A DNA stretch of 64,000 bases from an uncultured Clostridia bacterium (GCA_944390975.1 CALXRX010000008.1:407-64406), one strand, 5' to 3'. Shown: positions 40,401-51,906, counted from the first letter of the stretch. Notes: generated by a model from the letters alone, not told the origin. Translations and numbers: made by a program.

Positions 40401-42449
40401 TTCTTTAAATAACTCTATTATATCTTCTTGCAAGTATGTTCTGTTATAAATTTCCGCTCCTGTTATACAATCTGTTGTTTTATAGTTTGATGGATATGAG
40501 CCTATTTCTGCAAACTTGTTATTAAAGTTTTGTCTATTTCCTGTATGCCCTTGTGAATCTTCGGTCGCTTTAGATGTATTATCTCCTGTTGCATTGTATA
40601 AAACATTTGTATATATCATACCATTATATGTGAATTTTACATAGTAAGTTTTTTGAGCATCTAATCCTGTAAATTGATAATATCCATTTTCATCTGTTAA
40701 CACTGGGTTTTGTAACTTTTCTCTTCCAATTATTGTGCTTGTAGTCATTCCACATGAAGTATCATAATAATCTATTGTTTGTCCTTCTATTTTATCGCAT
40801 GTTTTAATATATTTTACTTCTTTTCCACACGTATTTCTATAAAATTCTATTGTTCCTACTGTTTTAAGATTTCCGTCTTCATCATATTCATTTTCTCTTT
40901 TTCCACATATTAAATTACTTGCCACATCATAACATGATGAATCATGTTGATGATAAACTGGTGTTTCAAAACATGTTCCTACTCCTCCAGATTCAGAACT
41001 TCCTATATGAATATGGTTTACAGCACTATAACATGCTCCATATATATTTTCATTACCTTGATGCACATGGTAAACTGGTGTTGTATAACATCCTCCATAT
41101 GTATTACTATTTCCTATATGTTTATGTGTAGTATATCTTTCTAGTACAACCTTATTATTTGTACCAACTTCATATAGAGTAACTTCTATTCCAGCCAACC
41201 CTTCACCATTATCTAGTCTATTATTACCTTCATTAACTTTACCTTGGTCTTGGTCTAAGAAAACTCTACCACTTAAATTCATAGTGATGTCTACACCTGC
41301 TTCTTTATTGTTTTCAATGTCTGCTACCATATGTAGACTGGTTGTATCATAACTTAATTGTGCATCTTGAGCATAAGCTATTAATTTTTGAGCGTCAGTA
41401 TTTATAATTTCTTTTACTAGTTTGAAATGATATTTTGATGTTGCACTTCCATGACATCTATAAATACCATCTCTACAAGTATGACAGTATATGTGTTTGC
41501 TACATGTATTACCTGATTTTTCCCTGTCCCAATGCCAAGATGAGATTTCTCCCTCATAAACATATAATGAGCCTGTAATACCTTTAAAATATTTGAAATC
41601 TACATCTAATGTAATTGATTTTGCATTACCTTTAAATGTTACATAGAATTCCTCATCATTTGCTGGATATTTATACTGTCTATCAAGTATTGAATTACCT
41701 CTTGAGTCTTCTATATCTACTAACTCTAGTGTACTTCCTGTATCACTTTTTACTCTTAAATCTGTTATTTCCCCAAAGTTAATTCTTGTACCATCTGATT
41801 TTACAAAATAGTTATCTAAGTATGATATTTTAAAAGGTCCTACAGTATATGTATCATCATTTCTATTAACTGCAACTTTTACATTGTTAATATTGGTACT
41901 ATCTGTTGGATTAAATCCTCCTGCTGCTTGAACTGATTCATAAAATCTTCTATATTCTTCTGATTCATAATATAAATCTATTTCAAATTGGTCTTTAAGT
42001 TGGTCTTTAATATCACCTTCATTGATACTCATTAACCATAATATTCTTTGTGCTTTATCTATATCTCCTGCATGCATTAATGCATATAATACATCCTGAT
42101 ACTTTGTAACATCTAATGTTTTATTGTCATCTCCTTGTAATGTAAATTTAGTTTGGTACTTGTATCCTTCCCATGGTGGGTTTGGGTTTTCTCCACATGT
42201 AGGACAATACTCACTTTGTGTTGTTCCTGCATTATCTTCTTTGTGTGTTGAATTTTTTAAATGTGCACCTTTTTCAATACATAGTATCCAATAATCATCT
42301 ACTTTCGTAGTAGCAACTTCTCCTTCTCCATCACTTTCCCAATAAAAAGTTTCTGGTGGTGCTGTTTCTGGTACTGCTGCATGAACTAATGTGGTTAATA
42401 ATACTATTGATATAAATATTAGTATTGAAATTATATTTTTTTTCTTCAT
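37458..42449 (-). CDS. Giant surface protein (1663 aa) with SdrD-B/Cna-B-like domains, a Cys/His-rich module and a C-terminal anchor
   Basis: Signal peptide ...TLVHAA. SdrD-B-like GRVFLDQDQGKVNEGNNRLDNGEGLAGIEVTLYE and IEGTVYEDNTG...DGWYGFTGFLPGDYTVRY. IDIDSNPGN motif. The C-terminus is PPTG, then a TM helix, then KRKK. Confidence 0.85.
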   Translation of the reverse strand: MKKKNIISILIFISIVLLTTLVHAAVPETAPPETFYWESDGEGEVATTKVDDYWILCIEKGAHLKNSTHKEDNAGTTQSEYCPTCGENPNPPWEGYKYQTKFTLQGDDNKTLDVTKYQDVLYALMHAGDIDKAQRILWLMSINEGDIKDQLKDQFEIDLYYESEEYRRFYESVQAAGGFNPTDSTNINNVKVAVNRNDDTYTVGPFKISYLDNYFVKSDGTRINFGEITDLRVKSDTGSTLELVDIEDSRGNSILDRQYKYPANDEEFYVTFKGNAKSITLDVDFKYFKGITGSLYVYEGEISSWHWDREKSGNTCSKHIYCHTCRDGIYRCHGSATSKYHFKLVKEIINTDAQKLIAYAQDAQLSYDTTSLHMVADIENNKEAGVDITMNLSGRVFLDQDQGKVNEGNNRLDNGEGLAGIEVTLYEVGTNNKVVLERYTTHKHIGNSNTYGGCYTTPVYHVHQGNENIYGACYSAVNHIHIGSSESGGVGTCFETPVYHQHDSSCYDVASNLICGKRENEYDEDGNLKTVGTIEFYRNTCGKEVKYIKTCDKIEGQTIDYYDTSCGMTTSTIIGREKLQNPVLTDENGYYQFTGLDAQKTYYVKFTYNGMIYTNVLYNATGDNTSKATEDSQGHTGNRQNFNNKFAEIGSYPSNYKTTDCITGAEIYNRTYLQEDIIELFKEVAQQVIVNNGDEKAAYQAIINKYQATVPDIRSKVQFIADNRINAYTVQTYSLKSEFVIDNSAQVVAGKGYSPIYSSTYNQTNVNLGIKARQTFDMALYKDVLKAEVQINGKSQTYNYDARKAGTNGFSIGVSETDYLNGLRGMYKDSQNYTNQNQTRDIETDTYDLDMRTEEIANGQSTNYNQNVTGKVNGSYKLNENYINLQQNGNQVNEDRLKIYITYKLAIRNQSSTIGAVTELVDYYDTNYKFVEAYVGDINGNKTGDVTKYDTSMYPNSEYKSTKNSYNTIYLRPNAETRLANGEEQYVYVVLQLLGPENDAGTLLSKELLNNNTLTVMNLAEINGYKTYNSKTDAVTPGLIDIDSNPGNLNVSNIDKLTQDNIVNYPNIRAMYEDDTSRAPALIYKLLESRTIEGTVYEDNTGKDTKVYTGQEREGNGQIDDQDKRIQGVIVELVEIKNGQMIVRATTTTNKDGWYGFTGFLPGDYTVRYTYGSNDDTAMNTSSTWYKGINDTSYNGQDYESTAYGTKQGVELGTQNYKTDATLIDKYTQNYNNKNAEESTVQIADSTVIDKYNQDGYYWYTVDDKLSDARDDEFRKNQVIAYSKNEYGTEIVNHKAEVFNAYVNPQPEHITQELNRTLANELERRTYRYAYTPEIEVEVEYAKTSTTGNMNSNQNAYKHNIVGVDFGIVERPKSELTIDQDVANIKVTTADGEVLFDTQTGVSNLQWINKGDINKYDKEELINVIMDEEIMSGATIEITYNLTIRNNSENDIDTTTRAKTILNYVANNLNYEEADNMLDGKPLWKVVTKDSVQNAKNSSFVNNTDGTNNLKLIDLSTQTTILQATEDNPLSKTNLKPGEQVTSTLKLKKVLSAESSSDDLSYSNMTEIVEIDNKVGRYDHGAVPGNQDIELQPQEHDTSGASKYVTYNDAGNVDPDNPPDGQVIITPPTGSQYIYYVIGITSTVLLAIGIFLIKKFVVDKRKK

Positions 42450-42472
42450 TCTTATTTTACCTCCTTTCCTTA

Positions 42473-45400
42473 TTATATTTTTCTTAAAACTTTTTTATTT
42501 ATTAGGTATATTCCTACTCCAAGTATTGCTATACTTACAAAAGTTATTATAATGTATACATATACTTCACCTGTTTTTATACCTATAATTGCATCTGCTG
42601 AACTTATATCATCTTCATTTTGTATTTTGTTTGCTGGTGTAGAGTCTATATCTGAAAGTCCTAAATCATTATAGCTTTCATAAATTTCTGCATTGTTATT
42701 AATTACTCCTGTACTTTCACCTGTCATTTTCTTAGTTAATAATAATGTTATTTCTTTAGTTTCTCCTGGATTAATTAATGTATTTGCTAAACTTGCATTG
42801 TATACATTTCCATTATCAGATGTATACCAATCTTGGTTTAGTTCTGATGAAAATTGCATACCACTTGGTAAGTAATCCACTATTTTCTTAGCATATCCTG
42901 CTACTCCACCTTCGTTTGTAACTCTAATTTTGTATTCAATTATAATTGTTGTTCCATTTATTGTTTTTTCATTTAAATCTAATTTTACAAAATCAGAATC
43001 TTTATAGTCATACACTTTTGAGCCATTTTTATCATTTACTGTAATTTTGCTAATTACTTTATCTAATTTTAAGTCAAATTTTGGATTTACAATTAAACCT
43101 ATATTTATGTTGTATATATTTTCATTTAAGTCTATAGTATCAGATACTGCTCCATTTCTTATTTCACCATTTATGTTTAATTTCATTGTTATAGCATCTG
43201 AGTTTTCACTTTCATTTAAACCTTCTGCTTTATATGTTGTTACATCATATTGAGCTGCATCATATAAGAATACTACTATATATCTTCCTTTTGTTATTCC
43301 TTCAAATTTGTATACTCCATTTTCATCTGTTTTTACAATTCTTGAATTTCCATTTTCATCTTTAATTATTTGTCCATTATCTGCATTTATTAGCATAATA
43401 TCTATATTGCTTAATGTTTGTTCAGTTTCATCTATTTTTCCATTTTTATTAGCATCTAACCATGCTTTACCTGAGATATTGTATTTCTTTTCTTCAATTG
43501 TTCCATCTGGTAAAATTACATCTTTGCTTGTTGGCTCTATTGTATGTTTAATTGAATTTAAACTTACAAAACTTGCCGCTTCACAAGATACTGCAATTTG
43601 GTTATCTATTTCTATTGGCTCTGTTCCATCTATTGTGTTGGCTTTAGCAGTAATTGTTATTTTTACTGTTTTTCCAGCTTCTAAGTTTAATGTTAATTTA
43701 GCAGTGTTATCTCCACTCTTAGCTTCAGTAGTTTTTCCATCTATTGTGTACTGCGTTTTTTCATAAGTAAGTGCTTCTGGAAGATTGTCTGTAACAATTA
43801 TATTATTAGCTACTGATTTACCTATATTTTTAATTGTTACATAATATTCTATTGTATCTTCATCAGTCATTTTACCATCTGGTTTATTACTATTAACTGT
43901 GACCGTTAAACCTGCCACTAACAACTTATTAGATACTTCGTTTGTTGTAAATACTTCTTGTGTTTCATTGCATGTTACTTGTGCTGAATTTTTAATAATT
44001 TTTTCAGTTTCTGAACCATTTAAAGTATTTACTGTAACTTCTAGTACTACTCTTATTGTGTTTTCAGCATTTAATGTTCCAATATTATAAGTAACAGTTT
44101 TTGAATTTTCATCAAATGCTACTCCATCTGTAGTTTGCTCTGCTCCTAATATATAACTTGATTTATATGTAGTACCCTCTGGTATTGTATTTCTAACTAC
44201 TACATTTGTTCTTTCATTTGCATTTACATTTTTTATTGTAGTAGTATATTTAATAGTTTGTCCTTCTGTTACTTTTCCTTCTTCTACATTAGGATATGTA
44301 GTCATTTGAATATCTAAATATCCTTCTACAACCTTATTTTTTATTCTATCTGTCTCAATTGCTTTTTCTAATCCATTTGCAGTAATTGTTCCATATACTT
44401 CTAAATATACATCTTCTGGTTTTCTATTTAAAATTTCTTCAATCTCTTCTTCTGTTAAATTTTCAAATTCTTCTTGAGTTAAATTTCCTAAATTTCCACT
44501 TTCAAATGGTGGTAAAGTTTTAACTTTTACACTATATTCAACATCTACACTTTCTCCTGCTTTTAGTGTTTCTATTGTTTTAGAGTATTCTTCCATATCA
44601 TAGTTTTCTACATATTCGTCACTAAAATAATCATCACCTGGTACAAATTCTGTATAAACTGCTCCTTCTGGAATGTTTCCTTTTACAACTACATTTTGTA
44701 CATCTGATTTTCCTACATTTTTTACTGTAATTGTATATGTTATTCTTGTTCCTTCTTTAACATCTGCATTGTTTTCTACATTTGCTTTTATTGAAGCTTC
44801 TAATTCTGGTCCATCTCCTGTTGTTAATCCAACTTTTGCAGCTTTTGCTGTTTCAGATGTTGTTCCATCTTGTGCTACATTGTCAAAGTATACTACATAG
44901 TTAGCATATGTTGATTGGTTGTGTGGTAAGTTTGCTGGTATATTTATGTTGTAATTAAATGTTAATGTGCTTCCTGTTGGCATTTCATAGTTGTTTAATA
45001 CTATTAAATAAGATTTTACTGTTGCTAAATCTTGTACTGATGTTGTCCATCCATTATTTGCATTTGATAAATCTTTTGTAGCTGTACCATTAGCACTATA
45101 GTATATAGTATATTTAGATGCATCTAATCCAGTTGATGTTATGTTTGATGCAAGTGTTGCATCTAAGTTTGACCCTAATTCTTCTCCTGTTAATATGTCT
45201 GTGTTTCCTGAAAATGGTATTCTTCCTAATATACTTATATTTTTTGCTACATTATTATAATTGTTTATTACACTTATTGTAACATTTGCTACTTTTGCAT
45301 CTGTTCTTGTTTCTAGTTTACCTACTTGTTCTTCTCCACTAATTGATGTTACTGTTTCATTTTTAGCATTATATCCTGTAATTTCGTTTGTTGTAACCAT

Positions 45401-47560
45401 TCCAACAGGTGCTACTGCTTTTAATTGTGCTGAAACATATCCTTTTGCTACTGTTTGTCTTGCTGTTGTATTTTCTTGTGCTTCATATGTTGTTACATTT
45501 TCATTTGTAACATATACTTTCATTTGCCCATCTGTTGTTGGTGTTAATTTCTTTAATGAAATGTCTGTATTTATTACAAGGTTTGCACCTTTAGTTATTT
45601 CATCTTGGTTATATACTGTGTCTTCACCTTCAATTAGTACTTGAATTACTATATTTCCTGTTTCATTTACATATGTTTTATAATCTTTTATTTTTAGTTC
45701 ATTATCAAATAGTAAATTAACATCTTTTATATTTAGTTCTGCTATATAATTTGGTAATACAATTTCTACAACTGGATTTTTGTATAAATCGCATGTAATA
45801 TCGTTTGTTTTAAGTATTACTCTAAATTCTACATTTTCATTTTTTACTACTGTAGATAAGTTTTGATTACTAACTGATGCTTCTATTTTTGTAGATGGTG
45901 CTATTAATTTTATGTCTTTACTTGCTTGTGTTTCTTGTATTTTTAGACCTTCTTTTTCTATACTTGTTAATGTGCTTAAATTTAATTTTTCAAAACTTGC
46001 AACTTGATTTTTACTATAGTCTGTTTTTCCTGTTAGGCTTTTTGTATTTTTGATTTCTAATTTTCCTTCTGTAATAGGTTTGCTTGTTTCTATTTTTATT
46101 TGGTTTGCTTTTGCTTCGTATGTGTATACAAAGTTTCCGTTTTCATCTGCTTGTGTATCTTTATTAAATATTGCTAATTGTTGCCCATCTGTTCCAAGTA
46201 TTTTTATGTATCCATCTGTTCCTAATAATTTTTCAAAATTTTCTTTGCTTACTGATGTAGTTTTATAGTATGCATAGTTTATATTTGATATTGTTGTTGG
46301 ACTTACTTGTCCTTCGTTATTTACAAAATTATCTACATTTTTTTGTACTGTAATTTTATCTACTAAATCTGCATATGAAATTGTTAAGCCTATTTTTTCA
46401 CTATATTCTATTTCTTTATCAGATTTTGTGTATAAATATCCTTTGCTTAGTTCTTCTTGTGACGAAATTTGGGTTGTTACAAAATCTCCTTTTACTTCTG
46501 TTTGTTCTATGTTTAATGTATTTGAATTTTTAACTTCTGTTTGTACGTTATTGTATGCTGATATTGTTAATTCTGATTTTTGTTCTGCTTTTATTTCTTG
46601 TAGTTTTTCTGCAAATATGTATGTAATTACATATTCATCTTTATTTGTTTTATTCCATGATACTTTATTTTGGTTTTCTTCGTTGTTTACTGTTATGTTT
46701 AACATTCCTGTTTCTTTATCGTATGTCCAATTATTTTCTCCAAATTGTTCTGCTGATTTATTGTTTGTTGCATATGTATTGTTTGCTGTTACTATTACTT
46801 CTTCTGGTTTTATTCCGTTTACTTCTGGAACTTTTACATTTATTTGTGTTTGTTTAATTGGTAGTGCATTATTTTCTAGTCCTGTTTGTAAAGTTGTTTG
46901 TAATATTGTTCCTACTTTTTCTCCAACTTGATAAGGTATAAATGTTTTTAGTGTTTGTTCTACTTCTGCTTTTACTTCTTTTGTCCATTCATTTCTTGTT
47001 AATATTGTTTTTTCGATTTTAATTGTATCTCCTTCGTTGCTTACATATGTACCTGTTAATTTTATATTATTTATTTTACTAAAATTCGACAAATCAAATA
47101 AATCATCTTTTAAACTTGTAATTGGTATTTCTAAAACAACTTGTGTTCCAGAATTTACTTGTTTTAATGCAATTGTATTATTTGTTGTATCTATGGCTTC
47201 AACAGTTTCTAATTCGTTTTGGTTGTTTGTAATTCTAAAGTTTGCTGTTTGTCCATCTTCTCCTGCTATTTCTATTTTGCCATTTTTTAGATAACCTTTT
47301 TTTACATTTATTGACAAGTGAATTTTAGTATCTGTATTATCTATATCTTGCTTTAATGTATGAGTTTTATTTCCATTTTCTGAAAGAAAATATGCATCAA
47401 ACTCTACATTTTCATTGTTTGATACTGTTTTTTGGTTTTCTAAGTTATCTGATGTTGCATATGTTTTTCCTGCATATATTCCAAGCATTATGAAGTTTGT
47501 AAATGTTAAAATAACTGCTAATGCTGTTGCTAACACCTTACTTAATATTTTTTGATTCAT
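42473..47560 (-). CDS. Giant surface protein (1695 aa) with DUF11-type repeats, an SdrD-B-like domain and a C-terminal anchor
   Basis: Signal peptide. Three DUF11-like repeats (e.g. TYTITVKNVGKSDVQNVVVKGNIPEGAVY). ISGKAWLDANKNGKIDETE...DENGVYKFEGITKGRYIVVF. SDIDSTPAN motif. The C-terminus is IKTG, then a TM helix, then KKVLRKI. Confidence 0.85.
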   Translation of the reverse strand: MNQKILSKVLATALAVILTFTNFIMLGIYAGKTYATSDNLENQKTVSNNENVEFDAYFLSENGNKTHTLKQDIDNTDTKIHLSINVKKGYLKNGKIEIAGEDGQTANFRITNNQNELETVEAIDTTNNTIALKQVNSGTQVVLEIPITSLKDDLFDLSNFSKINNIKLTGTYVSNEGDTIKIEKTILTRNEWTKEVKAEVEQTLKTFIPYQVGEKVGTILQTTLQTGLENNALPIKQTQINVKVPEVNGIKPEEVIVTANNTYATNNKSAEQFGENNWTYDKETGMLNITVNNEENQNKVSWNKTNKDEYVITYIFAEKLQEIKAEQKSELTISAYNNVQTEVKNSNTLNIEQTEVKGDFVTTQISSQEELSKGYLYTKSDKEIEYSEKIGLTISYADLVDKITVQKNVDNFVNNEGQVSPTTISNINYAYYKTTSVSKENFEKLLGTDGYIKILGTDGQQLAIFNKDTQADENGNFVYTYEAKANQIKIETSKPITEGKLEIKNTKSLTGKTDYSKNQVASFEKLNLSTLTSIEKEGLKIQETQASKDIKLIAPSTKIEASVSNQNLSTVVKNENVEFRVILKTNDITCDLYKNPVVEIVLPNYIAELNIKDVNLLFDNELKIKDYKTYVNETGNIVIQVLIEGEDTVYNQDEITKGANLVINTDISLKKLTPTTDGQMKVYVTNENVTTYEAQENTTARQTVAKGYVSAQLKAVAPVGMVTTNEITGYNAKNETVTSISGEEQVGKLETRTDAKVANVTISVINNYNNVAKNISILGRIPFSGNTDILTGEELGSNLDATLASNITSTGLDASKYTIYYSANGTATKDLSNANNGWTTSVQDLATVKSYLIVLNNYEMPTGSTLTFNYNINIPANLPHNQSTYANYVVYFDNVAQDGTTSETAKAAKVGLTTGDGPELEASIKANVENNADVKEGTRITYTITVKNVGKSDVQNVVVKGNIPEGAVYTEFVPGDDYFSDEYVENYDMEEYSKTIETLKAGESVDVEYSVKVKTLPPFESGNLGNLTQEEFENLTEEEIEEILNRKPEDVYLEVYGTITANGLEKAIETDRIKNKVVEGYLDIQMTTYPNVEEGKVTEGQTIKYTTTIKNVNANERTNVVVRNTIPEGTTYKSSYILGAEQTTDGVAFDENSKTVTYNIGTLNAENTIRVVLEVTVNTLNGSETEKIIKNSAQVTCNETQEVFTTNEVSNKLLVAGLTVTVNSNKPDGKMTDEDTIEYYVTIKNIGKSVANNIIVTDNLPEALTYEKTQYTIDGKTTEAKSGDNTAKLTLNLEAGKTVKITITAKANTIDGTEPIEIDNQIAVSCEAASFVSLNSIKHTIEPTSKDVILPDGTIEEKKYNISGKAWLDANKNGKIDETEQTLSNIDIMLINADNGQIIKDENGNSRIVKTDENGVYKFEGITKGRYIVVFLYDAAQYDVTTYKAEGLNESENSDAITMKLNINGEIRNGAVSDTIDLNENIYNINIGLIVNPKFDLKLDKVISKITVNDKNGSKVYDYKDSDFVKLDLNEKTINGTTIIIEYKIRVTNEGGVAGYAKKIVDYLPSGMQFSSELNQDWYTSDNGNVYNASLANTLINPGETKEITLLLTKKMTGESTGVINNNAEIYESYNDLGLSDIDSTPANKIQNEDDISSADAIIGIKTGEVYVYIIITFVSIAILGVGIYLINKKVLRKI

Positions 47561-47603
47561 CGCATATTCCTCCTAAAATTTTTATTTATTCCTGCCAACT
47601 TCT

Positions 47604-47632
47604 ATTATACCCTTTTTTTAGCTATTTTTCAA
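47604..47632 (-). promoter_or_regulatory. Sigma-A-type promoter of the two-gene giant surface protein operon
   Basis: Coding-strand TTGAAA, 17 nt, TATAAT, about 40 nt upstream of the RBS AGGAGG. Confidence 0.6.
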
Positions 47633-48031
47633 GGCTTTATACTAAAAAAACAACATTTTATGTAAAACTTTTTTCTTGCCGACATAATTATATAAATATA
47701 TATATTATTTTACTATTTTCTACACTTTTTTTAAATACTTTTTATTTTATGAAATTCTATTTTGTTTACTACTATTACTAGGGATATTACATATTTGGCA
47801 TGTTTATTTGTGTTTATTAATTTTATATTAAGTTTATATTACAAAACTTTATTGTTTTTTAACTTTTTCTTCGGATATAAGTTTTATAAAGTTTGTAACA
47901 TTTCATATGGGTAATGAATATATTAGAATGTAGAGTTATATTTATATAATTTTTTAGTGAGTTATATATTTTTTTCGTATTGCATAACATATGGTTTTTA
48001 AATATATATTTATAGAGATAGGAGGTTTAAT

Positions 48032-48612
<581 letters not shown>

Positions 48613-48616
<4 letters not shown>

Positions 48617-49041
48617 TGTTTCATTTTCCTAATTTTGGCATGCCTTATTATAACAGATACTCAAGATATGGATATCGCTTACCACCATATACATATCATG
48701 GCTTAACAAATAAAAATTTTGAAAACAATAGTAAAAAAACAAGTAATTTGAATAAAAATTCTTATAGTTCTAAAAATAATATTCATCACCAAAACTTAAA
48801 TTCACATTTAAATCCAAATTCACATTCAAATTCGCATGATAAAAATAACATTTCTAGCACTAGTTCTTCTAATGATAATACATCTTCTTCTATAGAACAA
48901 GACGCTCCAATGTTTCAACTTTTTGGAATTAACTTATATTTTGATGATATTCTACTTATTTGTTTGATTTTCTTTTTGTATCAAGAAGGCGTTAAGGATG
49001 AAAGCTTGTTTATTGCTTTAATTTTATTGCTATTAAGTTAA
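48613..49041 (+). CDS. His/Asn/Ser-rich protein with a C-terminal hydrophobic segment, translationally coupled to the upstream gene
   Basis: ATGA start/stop overlap. 142 aa. Tyr/Pro-rich N-terminus. C-terminal helix LLICLIFFLY...FIALILLLL. Confidence 0.55.
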
Positions 49042-49097
49042 AATAGAGCTTTTGCAAAAAAGTTATTTACTGTTACTTTTTTACAAAGCTCTATTTT

Positions 49098-49706
49098 TTA
49101 CTCGATAATTATAGCATTTTCTTTTACATATGCATATGTTTTTCTTGTTTCTTCTTCCTCTTTTTCTATTTCTTTTACTATATTAGCTATTCGTATTTGT
49201 GGTGATTCTATTTGTGCTGCAGCTATCATAGCTTCTACATTTCCTTTCGCTCCTGCATGTGCTACTCCTCTTAATATTCCTAATACTACTATATTTTCTC
49301 CAGCAACTACTTCTGCACCTGCATTTACATCACCTAATACTACTACACTTCCTTCATATTCTAATTTCATTCCTGAACGTAATGAGCCTCTATGGAACTT
49401 AGTTTCTGAAGATTTTATTTCTTCGGCAAATACTTTTTTTATTCCATGTAATCCTAGTACTTTTGGACTATCAAATTCTATTTTTACATCTATATCCTTT
49501 TGTATAATTTCTTTTATTCTATCTATTTCTTTATTTTTTAAAACTTTTCCTGTTACAAATATTGGTGTTTTTTCATTTTTATATAGCTTTTTTAATTCTG
49601 GAATTTTTTCTTTTAAACATTCTTCTATTTCTTTAAATGTTGCTTTTTCGCTTACTTTTAATGTTATTTCTTCTTTCCCTAAAACAATATTTACACAATT
49701 TTTCAT
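49098..49706 (-). CDS. minC: Septum site-determining protein MinC
   Basis: 202 aa. C-terminal beta-helix repeat VVVLGDVNAGAEVVAGENIVVLGILRGVAHAGAKGN. Confidence 0.9.
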   Translation of the reverse strand: MKNCVNIVLGKEEITLKVSEKATFKEIEECLKEKIPELKKLYKNEKTPIFVTGKVLKNKEIDRIKEIIQKDIDVKIEFDSPKVLGLHGIKKVFAEEIKSSETKFHRGSLRSGMKLEYEGSVVVLGDVNAGAEVVAGENIVVLGILRGVAHAGAKGNVEAMIAAAQIESPQIRIANIVKEIEKEEEETRKTYAYVKENAIIIE

Positions 49707-49769
49707 TCTACATCCTTCTTTCCTAGGAATACATATTTTTTAGTTTTTACATATTCCTAATAAAATCTT

Positions 49770-51873
49770 TTAATTTTGAACTTCTGTATATGGTAATGCT
49801 GTAACATTTTCCACAACTTGGTTTTGATTCATTCCAAAATATTGAGCCATTACATCACGTGCAGCTTCTGCTGTGTAACCTCCGTGAGCCTCCACCTTCA
49901 ACCATTACAACTACTGCAATTTCTGGATTGTCAAATGGTGCAAATCCTAAAAACCATGCATGTGTTACTTTTTCGCCATTTTCATCTTCTATTTGAGTTT
50001 GTGCTGATCCAGTTTTTCCTCCTACTTCTATTGTAAAGTTTTTAAATGTTGAATATGCTGTTCCTCCAGATTCACTTGTAACAGAACGCATTCCTTCTAA
50101 TACTGCATCTAGATTTTCTTGTTTAATATTTAAGTCTTCAATTTTTGTTTTTTCTATTCCAAATTCTTCATTGAAGTATGCTTCATATTCTTCTCTTGGA
50201 ACTTCTGTGCCATCTATGTTTTTTATTGCTTTAATTATTGTAGGGTTTACTGTTTTTCCTCCATTAGCTAACATACTTGCATATTTTACCATTTGAAGTG
50301 GAGTAAACATATTATCTAACTGTCCAATTGCTGCTGATAATGTATTTCCTGGTAACCAAACGTTTCCTTGTGTTCTTTCATTTAGTGTACCTTTTTCTTC
50401 TCCTGTTAGTTCTATTCCTGTTTTTGTTCCTAACCCAAAATATTTTGTATATTTTGCTAGTGTATCTATTCCTATCCTATTTCCTACTTCGTAGAAGAAA
50501 TAGTTACATGAATGTTGTATTGCATGTGTTACATTTAAGTACCCATGTCCAGAACGTTTCCAACAATATTTAGGATAATCGCTATAAAGTGAATATTTTC
50601 CTACGTCATTTATTTTTGTAGTTGTTGTAATTGCTCCTGTTTCTAATCCTGCAATTGCTGTAACCATTTTAAATATTGAGCCTGGTGGGTATATTTCTTG
50701 TGTGGCTCTATTTCTTAATGCTTTTGTTGTTTTACTATTATATTGGTTATATGTTTCAGGATCTATTCCAAATATGAATTTTGATGGGTCAAAATCTGGA
50801 TAACTTGCCATTGCAAGAACTTCTCCTGTTTTTACATTCATTACAACCATTGCTCCACCTGTAGCATTGTATGCTGTGCCGAATTCTCCGTTTCTAATTT
50901 TTTCGATGTTCTTTTGTAAAGCTGTTTGTGTTGCTGCTTGTAAGTTAGCATCTATTGTTAATACTACATCCGCTCCTTGTACTGCTGCAGTTTGTACATA
51001 TTCGTCTGTTATAGTTCCATCTACAGCCATATCAATTTGTTTTACTCCGTCTGTTCCTTTTAAATATTTTTCTGCTATTCTTTCTATTCCTGATTGACCA
51101 TAATAATCATTCATTGTGTATCCATTATCTTTTTCTTCTTTGTATTCATCTTCTGTAATTTTTGAAGTATGACCAACAACATGTGCTGCTAATATTCCTT
51201 TTGGATATGACCTAACTGGTATTTCTACTATGTTAATTCCTGGGAATAAATCATTTTGTTCATTAAATATATGCACACTTTCTACACTAATATTTTGTGC
51301 AATTGTTACTGATTTTGTAGAACTGTATCCTTCTAATGATATTTGATATCTCATTGCCATAATTTTTATTGCTTCTTCTACATTTTCATTTTCTATTTCA
51401 TATTTTTCTTTATATTTATAGAATGTTTCTTCTGCAGTTAGGTTTTCATCTATTTTATTTGATTTTTTCCATTTTATTTCTTTTTCTTTGTCTGTATATG
51501 TAAATACAAATGGATTTACTGTAATTGGAAAATCGTTTATGTATTTACTATTATTTTGTTCTAAAACGTTTGCTACTCTAAGTAATGTGTCATTTAATGT
51601 TTTGTTATCTATTTTGCTTTTATATATTTCTAAATTGTAGCTTGTTGTTGTTCCAACTAAAATTGTACCACTACTATCTGTTATATTTCCTCTTGCTGCT
51701 TTTAATGTACTTTCTCTTGTTAATCTTGTATTTGAGGTTTCTCTATATTCTTGTCCATTAACAATTTGAAGGTTGAAAAGTTGAATTATTAGAACAATTC
51801 CAATTAAATATACAAATGTGGTTACAATATTATATCTTAATTTTATATTTGCTTGTTTATTTGATATTTTCAA
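49770..51873 (-). CDS. mrdA: Penicillin-binding protein 2 (elongasome transpeptidase), requires a +1 shift at CGG 49882-49884
   Basis: SxxK (GSIFK), SxN (HSCN) and KTG (GKTGSAQ) motifs. Frame 0 ends ...GGC TCA CGG AGG...TGA. Frame +1 continues GGYTAEAARDVMAQYFGMNQ... to the stop at 49770. Confidence 0.85.
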
Positions 51874-51906
51874 ACTTTCCCTCCTTTTAATTTTTATTAG
51901 TTTTTT

